This document shows positions 19,938-41,135 of a stretch of DNA of 64,000 nucleotides, one piece after another. How positions within the stretch are numbered: position 1 is the first letter of the stretch; every line of letters starts with the position of its first letter. The stretch is from the human T2T-CHM13v2.0 reference genome, Homo sapiens: assembly GCF_009914755.1 (NCBI RefSeq), contig NC_060930.1; one strand, written 5' to 3'. Below the pieces are notes generated by a model, which ran no database searches, was not told the DNA's origin, and was given only the letters and a program-made list of their open reading frames with translations. Both the position numbers and the translations under genes were made by a program.

Positions 19938-20942
19938 AGAAATGCATGTTTGTTTTTCCTCATTTAGTGCCATTTTATTTATTGAAAGTTGTTTACATTT
20001 TAATTGCAGAGAGGATTCTTGTTGGGAAAGTTGATTTAAAAAATTAAGCAAAGGGGACAAAATTTTAAAAGGTTAGCTCATTGCTTTCTATCTCTTCCTT
20101 TTTTGTGAAGTGTAATATTTATTTGAAAGTGATTCTTAGTCATTATGATTTCAATGTGTTACTGCACTCGCTAAGGGAAGACAATAAAATAAAACTGCAC
20201 TAATTGGCACAAACAACCCAGACCTAATTTAGTGATAAGTACATGTGCATTATGGAACTTTTAAAAAATATTATTCACATACATAAAAAGGCTTTAATGA
20301 ATAAATGAGAAGGAGAATAATTACTATCCAAAGTTGGGAGCCGCTGTGGATATAGTTGCTTATGTGGTTTTCTTAAAATAGGGACAAAGTTTACTAATAA
20401 GACTAGTATTTATTTACTAAATGTTAATAAAAGCTCAAGAACTGTTTGCAGATTATCCATCTTGTCTCTGGCTGAATATGAGCACCTTTGAATAAAAATT
20501 GTCGAGATGAATTTTTACCATGTTACTTTTTTTTTTGCTGAAATGACTTCTATAAGTGGTTTTTAAATTTGCCTTTGTAAAGATTATTAATATATTTGGC
20601 TTTTCTTTAACATCAAGAAATAAGGTTTAATTTTTATAGCAATTTCTGTTGAACAAGAAATTCCAAATCCTTATTCTCATTTTATGAGATAACTCAGAAG
20701 TTTTTAGAAGCCTGTCTCTGTTTTGGTGGTAATTTCAAGAATGAAAGTTGTGAGCAACTTAGCTGAAGAGTAGTAAAATCCTAAAGGAGTTGTTTAGAGG
20801 CTGCAGCATCATTCTTGTGCAAAATTTCCTAATCAGTACTTTGATTTATTTGCAAAAGCAAAGAATTAAATGTCTGAGTTCTCTTAGAGCTGTAACAGTT
20901 TATTAATTCCAAATAATCCTATGGGTGAAGGCCTATGAATAA

Positions 20943-21146
<204 letters not shown>

Positions 21147-21499
21147 TAGGCTGGTCTCGAACTCCCGACCTCGGTGATCTGCCCGCCTTAGCCTCCCAAA
21201 GTGGTGGGATTACAGGCATGAGCCACCGCACCCAGCCTAAAATCTCTTATTTTGCTAGTCCTACACAATTGTCCTTTTTTTCATTTTAATTACAAAATAA
21301 TTTTTGAGATTGCTTTAATACAATAATAGCCTATGAAGGTTTTAATAGTAATAGCATCTGGTGGTTGGAAAGAGTGCACGGAAAGTTGCTGGTTGTTTGA
21401 GCTTTGTTACTTGCTTGCCATCTGTCAGCCATTCTGCAGGGTAGTCCGCAACATTAGATACCTACACAGCCTTTTCCTCAGCAAGCTCTTTCTGATGGG

Positions 21500-22420
21500 G
21501 TGGGGCTGGGAATATGATGAAAAGTAATATGAGGAGCATTATGATATGAAGAGTAGTGATGTCACCTATGTATAGTTTGTGTACACTGTGATGTATACAG
21601 TAGAAAGGGTGGAGGCATTGTGTGCAAAACGTAAAAGCTCATTGTCAAGGAAATTGCAGCTTTGGGTAGGGGATAGGGTAGGGAGGAGTGATTGGATAAT
21701 TGAGCCTGGGTTTTCTGATGAAGGGCCTTTATATAGCATGCATAGGACCTCCTTCTAAATCAAAAGGGAATTGAGAGTCTGAAGGGCTTTAAATGAAAGC
21801 ACAAGTTTTAAATTTGTTTTAGAAAAATGACTAGCATCTTTGTGGAGCAGGGAATGGCAATGGCGGGATGAGTTTGGGATAGGAAGGTTAAATTAGTCTA
21901 GAGAGGATGAGGGGCTCAATTAAAGTAATACTAATAGGGAGAAGAGGAAGGGATGACTGCAGTAGAAGTTTAGTAATAATAGGGAGCTGGATATGAGGAA
22001 GATGGGTGTTGCCAGGGCTTTGGTTTAAGGTTGATTTAAGAGTATGGTACCAGTCACTAAGATGGGCAAATCAGGGAGAGAAAGAAGATTGAGGAGAATG
22101 ATAATTTGGGGGGGATAGGGTGGATGGGGGATTTTTTTTCTCACCAAGAATAAAAGAAAGATCCTCACTGTGGACGGAGGCTTAAAATCACCTTTATCTC
22201 AACCACCCAAAGACTGTTATGGTTACTGTTTTGTTAAGTACAGTAGTTTGTACATCTTGAATATTTGTTGTCTGTGGAACATCAAGGTGGAGATACCTAA
22301 CTAAATATATGGGTTGGGTACCTGGAGAAAACAGGCTAGAAATGAAGATTGAGGGGACCGTGTAGTTGTTTAGGGTGATAATGTAGGGAAAGAAGAGAAG
22401 CCAGCCTAGAGGAAGATCTT
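21500..22420 (-). mobile_element. L2 fragment
   Basis: Purine-rich degenerate L2 (AACATCAAGGTGGAGATA; GGCTAGAAATGAAGATT). Confidence 0.55.
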
Positions 22421-23244
22421 GTAGAATCTTTTCATCCTCAGGTTTGTCCTCCCTCCCTCCCTTTCCCCCATCCCTATCATGTTGGGTTTGTGAGTATAAG
22501 ACATTTAAAAGCAACTCTGTGTGAAGTATGCTTGATTTTAAATTCTGCCTATACAACCAGATGTTCTTGTATGTAATTAAAACTTAAGTAGTAAATTGAA
22601 TGGCCTGTGAATAAAATTAAGGATTCAAATTTTGTTTAATGAGATTTTATTAGAATTTCTTATCATTAAGCTCACTCATATTATTCAGCATTTTATTTAC
22701 TCTTAGTTACATAATTCTTTGCCTTAAGTCTACTGTAAGCAATTTATTGTGTACATGGAATTGTGCATTTAAAGACTCCATCATTAGATATAGAACCCAT
22801 ATTTATTTGGGAAATTCCAACTAATACAATTCTGGTATTTTTTTTGCAAAAAAGCTTTATAAATGAATTATTCTTTTTCTTGTTCTCATTTTGGCCATTT
22901 CATTGTTAATAGTACTATATTAAAAGGTAACATGTTTTCATTTTGATGTTTACAAAAGACATGGGAATGAATTGAAATTAAAGGAAGGTGGACTGTGTGG
23001 ATCCCAGGAAGATTAAAATGAAGTTATTTTCATTTATACACCAGTGTATTTTTGTGTTTTGTTTTCTCCCATGGAGAATTGTTTCTGTTTTCTTTGATTT
23101 TAGAATAGGGTGGCTAAAGGCCATCACAAACATGTTATGCATTTGTAGCTATAGGAAGAGCTAGTTGTGGTTCTGTAACTGGGTTCCCTGTTAACTGTCT
23201 TGCTTAAACCTGATATCTAAAAACCACATTTTTTTTTTTTTTGA

Positions 23245-23627
<383 letters not shown>

Positions 23628-25021
23628 TAGGTGCACATAGTTAGTGGCCTAATTAGAACACATTTATATTCTCTTTGTTTACTGCTGTTTTCATTATTTT
23701 TACTATGGATTTATTGAGTGTGATCTTGGTAGTATTTATGTTTGGTGGAGGGAGGAGAGGAGTGGGAATTGGTAATTCTTAATAGATTATTAATATTTCA
23801 TGTTAACTCTGGGACAGAATAAGGAGCATACTACTGTGCTGCTCCTCTCCTCCTCGTAGAACAGGATGCCACAGAAAATACGCTTTCCTTGGCAAGGAAG
23901 TATTGCACAGAGCACCCACTTGGCCAACAGTTCTCCAGCAACTCACTCTGCAGAAAACTAAAAAGCCTTTGAGTCCAAAGCTCATGTATTTTGTACCCAC
24001 TTTTAAAGAGAGGAGTGTGGTTATTCTTTAAGTCTATATCCTTAATGTATCTGTAGTATGTTTCTAATTTTCACATTTGAACAATGATGGCTACTTTGTG
24101 ACTACTACATTTAGATTTTTGCAAACTATTGTTTAGAAGGTTCCTAGTCTCTAGAGGCCTTTTAAAGCCTGAAAAGGCTTCAAAATTAATATGGTTGCTG
24201 TAAAGTAACATGTGACAGATGACAGTTGGCCGCCAGGAAGGAGATGGTGGTTTTATCATTTACAAAATGAGATTAGATAAGATGACCTTTAGGATCCCTT
24301 ACATACTAATCCTGATGAGCAAGTTTTCTAATTAATCTTTTCTTAGCCTCATTTAAAAAATAGAGATAATGGTATATTTCCTGACTACCTCTCAGTTGGT
24401 TTGAATATTTAAAAAAATCTAATGATTTTATAAAGTATTTGGAAAGCTAAACTTTTATTCTTCTACTAGGGGATACTGGGAATTTTAATTTTTTTTTTTT
24501 ATTTAAGAGGCTGCAACTGCGGAACATGTAGTGTCATTGTGGATATCTCTGTTGCCCTGGAAAGTATCTTCATATTATAACATAATTTAATAGTGGGTAA
24601 AAGTTATAGAGACTATGAGTTGTAAAGAATGTGCTAGATTATGTTCAGCATATATTTCAAGTTGGGGAAATAGTTGAACAAACAGCAGACAGTTATAAAA
24701 TACAGACTATAATGTATTTTGCTTGTTTGTTTTTTTGAGATGGAGTCTCACTCTGTCGCCCAGGCTAGCACGCAGTGGTGCAGTCATGTCTTGCAGCATT
24801 CTCCGCCTCCTAGGTTCAAGTGATTCTCCTGCCTCAGCCTCCAGAGTAGCTGGGATTATAGGCACTTGCCACCATGCCCGGCCAGTATTTTAGACTAATA
24901 TTATTACTGGTCATCATTTAAAAGAATTTCATTGTTCCGTTAAATCCAGCAAGGCTTTCAAGAACCAGTTTTAAGCAGTAAAAAGGAGTACAGTTTTGTT
25001 TTTGTTTTGTTTTTTTTTTTA

Positions 25022-25195
<174 letters not shown>

Positions 25196-25276
25196 TCATG
25201 CTTATAATCCCAGCACTTTTGGGAGGCCAAAGCAGGTCAGTCACCTGAGGTTGGGAGTTTGGGACCAGCCTAGTCA

Positions 25277-25601
<325 letters not shown>

Positions 25602-26155
25602 TCAAAAATAAATAAATACATGTATAAAGTGTCTATTTTATATATATACATGTATACAATGTACATATTTATAATATTTATACATATTTATGAAGAAAGA
25701 TGCATGTAGAATACGCTGGAAGGTGGCCTACCAGCCGTTTAACAGTGGTTATTTCTGAAGAAAGCAGTAGGTGGATAGGGTGCAGGAATGAGACCTTTTA
25801 ATAGTTTGATTTTTTTCACAGTGAGCATTTATTACCTTATTACTATTAATTTAAGTTGAACTCTTACTCTGTCACACAGGCTGGAGTGCAGTGGCATGAT
25901 CATAGCTCACCGTAGCCTTGAACTCCTGGGCTCAAGTGATCCTCCCTCCTCGGCCTCCCAAAGTGTTGGAATTATAGGCGCGAGCCACTGTGCCTGGTCT
26001 CCATATTGTTTTTGTAATATTTTCTCCAAACCCAAACAGTATGTGTCTTAGCCATTAGGAGAAAGGTGGAGTTAGTCTATTTTAATACTGCTTGAATTAA
26101 ATCACTTAGAGAAAGGGAGCTTAAGAGTTTGAAGATCCTTAAGCCCTATTGAAGA

Positions 26156-26266
26156 CTTAAAATTCATGTTTAAATGCAGTTTATTTAGCTGTTACTTGAT
26201 CATGCTTAAATAATTCATGCTTAAAATTCATGTTTAAATGCAGTTTATTTAGGTGTTATTTGATCA
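26156..26266. repeat. 47-bp direct duplication with a 17-bp spacer
   Basis: Copies at 26156-26202 and 26220-26266 differ at 2 positions. Confidence 0.93.
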
Positions 26267-28741
26267 GTAGACTCAAAAGCTTTATAATCTTTTGTTTTTA
26301 AAGTCTTCTTGGTTATTCGTTGGTGCTACTAAATGGTGTGTCACCACAGTCATCCATCATCTGATTCAGTGACGTTGCTAGCTAGTGAACTTTTTGTTTT
26401 GTTTTTGGAAACTGGGCTACATCTGAGTGCCTAGGTAGTGAGAAGAACTGGATTTGAGACACAGTTCCATAACTCACAAGCAGTTTGATTTTAGTTAAGT
26501 CACTTAACCTAATTTTATACGTTTATAAAACGAGAATAGTAAATATCAATCTTATCAGGCCATTCTGAAAGCAAAAACAGTTGTGATAGTGTTTAATAAT
26601 TGACAGTGGACCTCACAGATGAAAAGTATATTACTGTCTTTATTGTTTTTCTCATGCAGCTCCCTGTCTCTTTCAAATTTTTGTGTTGGTTAGTCTCATT
26701 TCTGAAATGGTTTTATCCTTCCTTAGGCCTTGTAGGCTCTTCTTCTACTTATTCTCCCTTTGTTATTTAGTTTTCAGTATTTATTCCTTATCTTTTCAAC
26801 TATTATCTCTTCAGAAATTACTTGTATTTTTTAATTTTCTCTTTTGGGATTCAGTCTCATATCTTCAAGGTATTTTATGTACATGTGCATTTGAAATCAT
26901 TGTTGTCACCTCATGTCTAAACTTGCCTTTCCTCCACAAACTTACTTTTAGACTTCTGTTTATATCAGTAGTAAAATCATGTTCATAAATACTCAAAGTT
27001 GAAAACTTGGAATTATTTTAGATGCTACTCTTTCATCCATACTTTTGTCAGTCATGAAAGCTAATGAATTATTTTTTAAAAAATGTATATTCTGCATCCT
27101 TCTCATTCTTTTTATTCTCAGTGTTAACACTTTAGCTCTTATCCTCATCGCTTCTCCTTTGGTTTGTTGCAGTCAGTTTTTAATTGGCTCCTAATTTACT
27201 ATGCTCTTTTTCTCTAGTTCATATAGTAGAACTAGGTATTTTAGATTATTAGATTATTATTATTTTTTTAGACAGAGTCTTGCTCTGTCGCCCACACTGG
27301 CATGCAGTGGTGTAATCTTGGCTCACTGCAACCTCCACCTCCTGGGTTCAAGCGATTCTCGTGTCTCAGCCTCCCGAGTAGCTAGGATTACAGATGTACA
27401 CCACCATGCCCGGCTAATTTTTGTATTTTTAGTAGAGATGGGGTTTTGTCATGTCCAGTCTGGTCTCGAACTCCTGACCTCAAGTGACCCTCCCGCCTCG
27501 GCCTCCCAAAGTGCTGGGATGCCTGACCCAGATTATTAGATTAATTTTTATTACTATTAGTTTTAATAGTGATATTGCTTGAATCATTTTGTATTTCTAA
27601 AAACCTTTCAGTTTCCCCTTGCCTTCAGCTGTACAGGTTCCTGAGCTATGGATTTGAGACTTTACATAAGATTATTTTATAAGACTGTAAATAGGAATAT
27701 GCTTATTATATACATCGCATATAAAGATGCTGTGAAACGGGAAGATTTACTGTATGCAAAGCTGTGCACTATATATTCCCATTATTCCCATTTGTGTGTC
27801 TTGTTGGTTTAGGAACTCAGTGATTTTGTAGTAGGAAAGCACAGAGTTCTTTTGAGATTCTAATGCATTTCCATTGGGAAATAGCCACCTCTTAGCTTTT
27901 TGTAAATCACTGTAAAGAGAGAGTTATTGATGAGTATGTTATAAATGTAAATAGCCTGGAAGCGGAATCATAGCTGTAACTGGAATGCTCTTTTCCCAGT
28001 CTATTTCACTTACATTTTCTTATTAAACTTTATGCTTGTGGTTTCTAACTGGATGTTTATTTCACTTATACATCCCTCCCCCAGTATTTTTATTTTGACA
28101 CTAAATTATGTCATTAGATCTTGTGTTAATGAGGAAAAGTTTGAGGTCCTAAATACCACTTTTGTGTACAGTATTATTTCTCTGTTAAATGCATATGGGA
28201 GTGTGAGGAGAGAATAACAAAGATGCTCCGTCACCAATAGTTAAGTTTAATACATATATTTTGAATTAGTGTCTCTGCAGAATAACCTGTGATTACATTT
28301 TAGAGATCTTCAAGATCATTATTGAATTGTCAAAAATCTCAGAAGGCTGAGAACCCACTATTTTATAATGATATGTATATCACTCTCCCGCTCTACCTCA
28401 GTAGATTGTTAGATAAATGGAGGTGAGGGTTTAAATGTTATTTTTTGTTTTCTAAAGGGCAGAATATAGTGCTGGTGTTCAGTAGTTAGACGAATGTTGG
28501 CTTGGCCTGTTTACCATTTAGCTTTGAACTGTTAATCAGTTGAATTTGGTTTTGTATTCCCCAGTTGTCTAGTTGTTTTTAGTTGATTATACCTTGATAG
28601 TAAAACTGTTTGAGTTAGAACATGATGATTAACTCTCAAATTTATACATTGTATACAAGGATGATTATTTTATACTATAACAAATGATGTTGGGGATTAT
28701 TTCAGAGTGAAACATTCTGTTGCATTGAAATACGTTCTTTA

Positions 28742-33517
<4,776 letters not shown>

Positions 33518-34123
33518 CATTTTGGAAGTTTTCAGACTGGTCCTTTTTTTAGTATAAAAGGGAGGAGCTTTGGCTTTATCAAAAACCTGATCTGGGAGGA
33601 TTCCCTCAGTATGTCTGTAACATCTCCTTTTGGCCTGTGCTGTTTATCTTTAAAAATTCTGATCACTCAAGAATATTGCTGTGTCATTAGAAGTTAACCA
33701 AAGCTTATATTTAAAGTTTTATTTTAAATATTTTTTATAAATAAATTTGAAAACCTTAGGAAGATAAAGTTTTGAAAGGAGTTTTTATTTTAAGGGACTA
33801 TAAAAGTCACTATTTGTCGTATTATTTTAGAACATGCTTTTCTTAATATGGAATTTGCTGCTGTTATTTCTAAAGTTTCTGTTCTTTGGTCCCATTTTAT
33901 CAGCAAAATCAGTTTATTAATGAAACAAATCTGTTATTTACCTTTTACTCCTGTATGCAAAATACTGAATTTTTATTTTCACTTGTAAACTTAGGAAAAA
34001 GCAGATATTGTTTTTAAATTTAATTTCTACTTTGAGTTATTAATAAAAAGTTTCACAAAAATATGAAAACTTTCAAGTTTATACACATACTAGAAAATAA
34101 AAGCATTCACTTATTTCTTCTAC

Positions 34124-34618
34124 TGTATTAGTTTTCTATTGCTGTGTAACAAATTGTCACAAACTTAGCTTGTGGCTAAAAACAGCATGTACTTGTTTCA
34201 CAGTTTCCATAGGTCAGGATCTAGGCGTTGGTTAGCTGGGTCTTTTGCTAATGGTTTCACTTGGGTGATGGAGGTGTTTTCCAGGGCTGGGCTCCCATTT
34301 GAAACTTCGGGCCCTCTTCCAAATTCATTCAGGCTGTTGGCTGAATTCAGGTCCTTATGGTTGTAGGACTGAGGTCTCTTTTTTTGTTTACTGGCTGTGG
34401 GCTGGGGGTTACTCTCAGTTTCTAGTGGCTACCCTCATGTCCTAGTAGCCATTGGTCCCATTTCTGGTCTACTACAATAGTTATCATCGGAGTGACTGTC
34501 CCACCATATTCATAGGTCCCACCCATACTGAAGGATGGGGTCATTAGATAGAGGGGATTATATAGGGCTTGTACAGGGTAGAAGTCTTGGGGGCCATCTT
34601 AGAATTCTGCCTGCCAAA
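34124..34618 (-). mobile_element. MLT1 (MaLR) solo LTR, subfamily D/E/F not resolved
   Basis: TGTATTAGTTTTCTATTGCTGTGTAACAAAT...GGGGGCCATCTTAGAATTCTGCCT termini. Confidence 0.8.
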
Positions 34619-35789
34619 GCTATTCTAACCAAACCAATGATAATTTTGTAGTATTTCCTTTTAATATTTTTTTGTGAGCTACCATTTTTATTTATAATAC
34701 AAATATTTTACCTTGAGGCTTTGGAAGTTTCATTACTATCACTTATAAATATACCCATATTATTTCTGATTATAAAATAAGGGATTTTATTTGAGAGTTC
34801 AAGTATCTGTAGTGTAGTTTTAATTCTTAACATTTTAGTTGTGGTGGTTACCGTCATATCCCAAAATAATAATTTTATATTGCTGTTTCTGGAATGGTCA
34901 GTTTTAGACATTATTTATTGATTTTTTGCAGCAGCAGGTGATGCACTAGTTCACTTGTGTCATTCCTGCCCTGTAATACCTCTATTTGGGGTGGTGAGAC
35001 TTTGGAATTCTCCATGATAAAGTGTTTTCCTCCTTGGTTGTATTTTCTTGTGTGTATTATAACTTATGGTTTTCTTCTTATTTCATCATTTACCAATCTT
35101 TTTATCACGTTTCCATTTTCTGGAAGTTTGTCACATCTCTGCTGATTTTTCTCCCCTCCTCATTCTGCTTTTCATTGTGAATTTTTATACCTTTTTCTTT
35201 CTTGAGTTCTTTATTGTCCTCCCAGTAAGAGGAAGAAAAGAAAAATATCTGGTTAGCATGCTGTCTTGAATTCAAAGTATGAAGATTGTGTTGGCTGCAG
35301 AAACTTTTATGAAGTTTCTGATTTCTTTGAAGATTTGGGGGATTCTAATCAGTACTCTCAAGGGCTTAAAGGACCATTGTTAAGAAAGATGGACTGGGTT
35401 GATTACATTTAGTTATTTTAGGTTCACTCTTAAGGTTAATTCCTTTGATCATAGAACCAGCAACCTTGTACATGAGCAAAATGTTGATGGTTCTCTGGGA
35501 TGTAACTCATAATAAGCTGTTTGTTGGGCCCTTTAAGGTCATAGTAGAATTCATTTCATATTGCTGAAATTGGGAAAGGCACAAAAATGTTTGAAGTGAA
35601 TACACTTACTTGAAATAACAAGCATGAAGGTACAACATTTTGTTAAATTTTGGGTTTTGGGTAATGAGTTTCATTTAATGCATAGAGGAGGGGAGGACAT
35701 AAATATGCTCTCCAGGGGTGTGAGATTGCAGTGTTTATCAAAAAAGAAAAAAAAAACCCACATCTGTAGAATGGAGAATGTTGCCGAAT

Positions 35790-35975
35790 CCAGGGGCTGG
35801 CCTGGTTTTGTAAGTAAGTTCTGTTGGAACACACTGTGCTGATTCATATACAAATTGTTTATGGCTGTTTTCTTGCTACAAAGGGCAGAGCTGAGGAGTT
35901 GTGATAGAGACAGTATGACCTGCAAAGGCTAGAATGGTTACTATCTGGCCCTTTGAGGAAAAGGTTTGCTGATGC
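35790..35975 (+). mobile_element. MER58 (hAT-Charlie)
   Basis: TTGGAACACA...GGCAGAGCTGAG...TACTATCTGGCCCTTT...AAAAGGTTTGCTGA. Confidence 0.72.
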
Positions 35976-36269
35976 TGGACCTAATTGATGAGTGCTTTTG
36001 AGATCTTGATTAGAGATAAGTTTTGTGATGGAGTAGCCATCTCAGTTTAGGTAAAAGATTCCTTAAACCTCGAGGAATTAGAAATTGATTTGACTTATAG
36101 AAGTCTTCAGATTAAAAATATGCATTTGCTGTGGTGCCTACAAGTGATAGTATAGAAACTTAAAATTTTACAAGTTTAAGGAACGTTCTTTAATGTACAT
36201 GATGGGAGTTGAAACATAAAGAATGAATTAATTACACTGAAAACCAAGGCTCTTGTTTAGTATATTTTC

Positions 36270-36307
36270 TTTCCTTTTTTTTTTTTTTGAGACGGAGTCT
36301 CGCTCTG
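36270..36307 (-). mobile_element. Extremely 5'-truncated Alu (19 nt of body plus tail)
   Basis: GAGACGGAGTCTCGCTCTG plus poly(T); perfect 17-bp TSD TTGTTTAGTATATTTTC at 36253-36269 and 36308-36324. Confidence 0.9.
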
Positions 36308-37204
36308 TTGTTTAGTATATTTTCATTGAAATGATAAGTCTTGAGTGGCCAAAGGAAAGGACAGGTGAAGACTGGTAGGTTATTTCAATCTCTGAGGTCA
36401 GATGAGCATAGAGAATTTGCACAAGTAAAGGGTTTCGTCATTTGACATTAGATAATATTAGAACATGGCATATGTGGGGAATAAACTTTTCATTTAGGAA
36501 GCATTTAGGAAGTTCAGAGAGAGTAACAGCATAGCAGGCACCAGTAGCCCTAGAAAAGGTAGAATTTGATGGAACAAACTAACTGGGATCAGCAGCCACT
36601 TAAGACTTTGGAAAACATGGCAGCAGGGAGCCAGATCCCAAGAAGTAGACTGATAAGATGGAAACCTGTAGAGAACACTGGGTAGCTGGAGAGCCCAAGC
36701 CTTCGCAGCATGTAGCCATGGTCTTCTCACCCAAGCATAGAGATGGAATCAGCAGGCAAAGGAGAAAAGTAAGGTCCCAGAATCAGCTTTCATTCTTTTT
36801 CAGCGTTTTTCAGCGTAAAACCATGATTTTTTATCCTGGATCAGATTTTGAGAATATGAAGAGAATAACATTCCCAATTCTTGGAGGCAGGTTAACATTA
36901 TCTGATTAGAATGAGAATTGGAATGAAGCTTGGTAGTTCCTAATAGCAGTGGGTTACAGCAATATTAATAAATTATCCATTGGATAATGAAGGTTTATTA
37001 TTGAGTGCTTGCTGTGTACCAGGCATTGTAATGTCTTGTAGATGTAAGTACATTAAATATAGTCTCTTTATGTACATTATTTAAGGAAGTTTATTAAAAG
37101 CTTCTAATGGGCCAGCATCATCATCATATTCTTTTTCTAAAGTACTGGTTGTTAGTTATAGTGTCATTCATAAAATTCTCAACAAATGGTCTTTGATGGA
37201 GGTC

Positions 37205-37243
37205 CTTGGAAGGCAGGTATGCTCACCACTATACCACCAGCAC
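37205..37243 (-). pseudogene. tRNA-Gly(TCC) 5'-half tailless retropseudogene
   Basis: Minus strand GTGCTGGTGGTATAGTGGTGAGCATACCTGCCTTCCAAG is 36/39 identical to the recalled tRNA-Gly-TCC 5' end; 16-nt direct repeat GATGGAGGTCYTTGGA at 37195-37210 and 37249-37264. Confidence 0.85.
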
Positions 37244-37878
37244 CATCAGATGGAGGTCTTTGGAGGATTAAGTTTGATGCTTGGGATTGAGTGGTAGTGA
37301 ACTGTATAGAACACCTAAATTTTGGACAAATTTATTTGGAAACTACATGATGACAGAGTGCTTCTGAAGTCATGTGCTGGGTTCACATTAGTTCAGTAAA
37401 TGTTGAATAAACTTGTACTCTAACCAATTTATAAAGAGCCATAAAACAGCTTAGTTAACAAAATTAAACACAATAGAAAACAGTTTATTTTTGTATCCAA
37501 CGAAACTAGTTAAATATAGCAGAGAAGTAGATGTCAGTAGACATTTGAAATGTGTGTTCAGATTAGTAGAATAAACATATCAGCAAGATCCCTAGAAGCC
37601 AAGGAAAGAAGCAGGAAACTTGTTAAGTCACATATCTTTGATAAAAAGTAAGCACCAAGCTAACTGAATCACTCTCTAATTTCTGGATTTAAGTAGATTA
37701 TTTAATAGGATCAGTAAATGACACTATTGTAGGGGAAATTTTTATCAACCTTCTTTAAAGTTGAGAACTTAATAGTAAAGGCATTCATTGAAGAATTAGA
37801 TGAAATGATGTTTTCTGATGATCAGATTTAACAAATTAGATTTTAGAGACTCTAGAGAAATAGTTGGAGGCATATGTA

Positions 37879-41135
<3,257 letters not shown>

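Noticed and set aside
37205-37243. Functional tRNA gene
   Set aside because: No T arm/B box and no 3' acceptor strand
37500-37875. Possible ancient L3/CR1 RT remnant (ATGTTTTCTGATGAT, FADD-like)
   Set aside because: Too degenerate to support without a Dfam search
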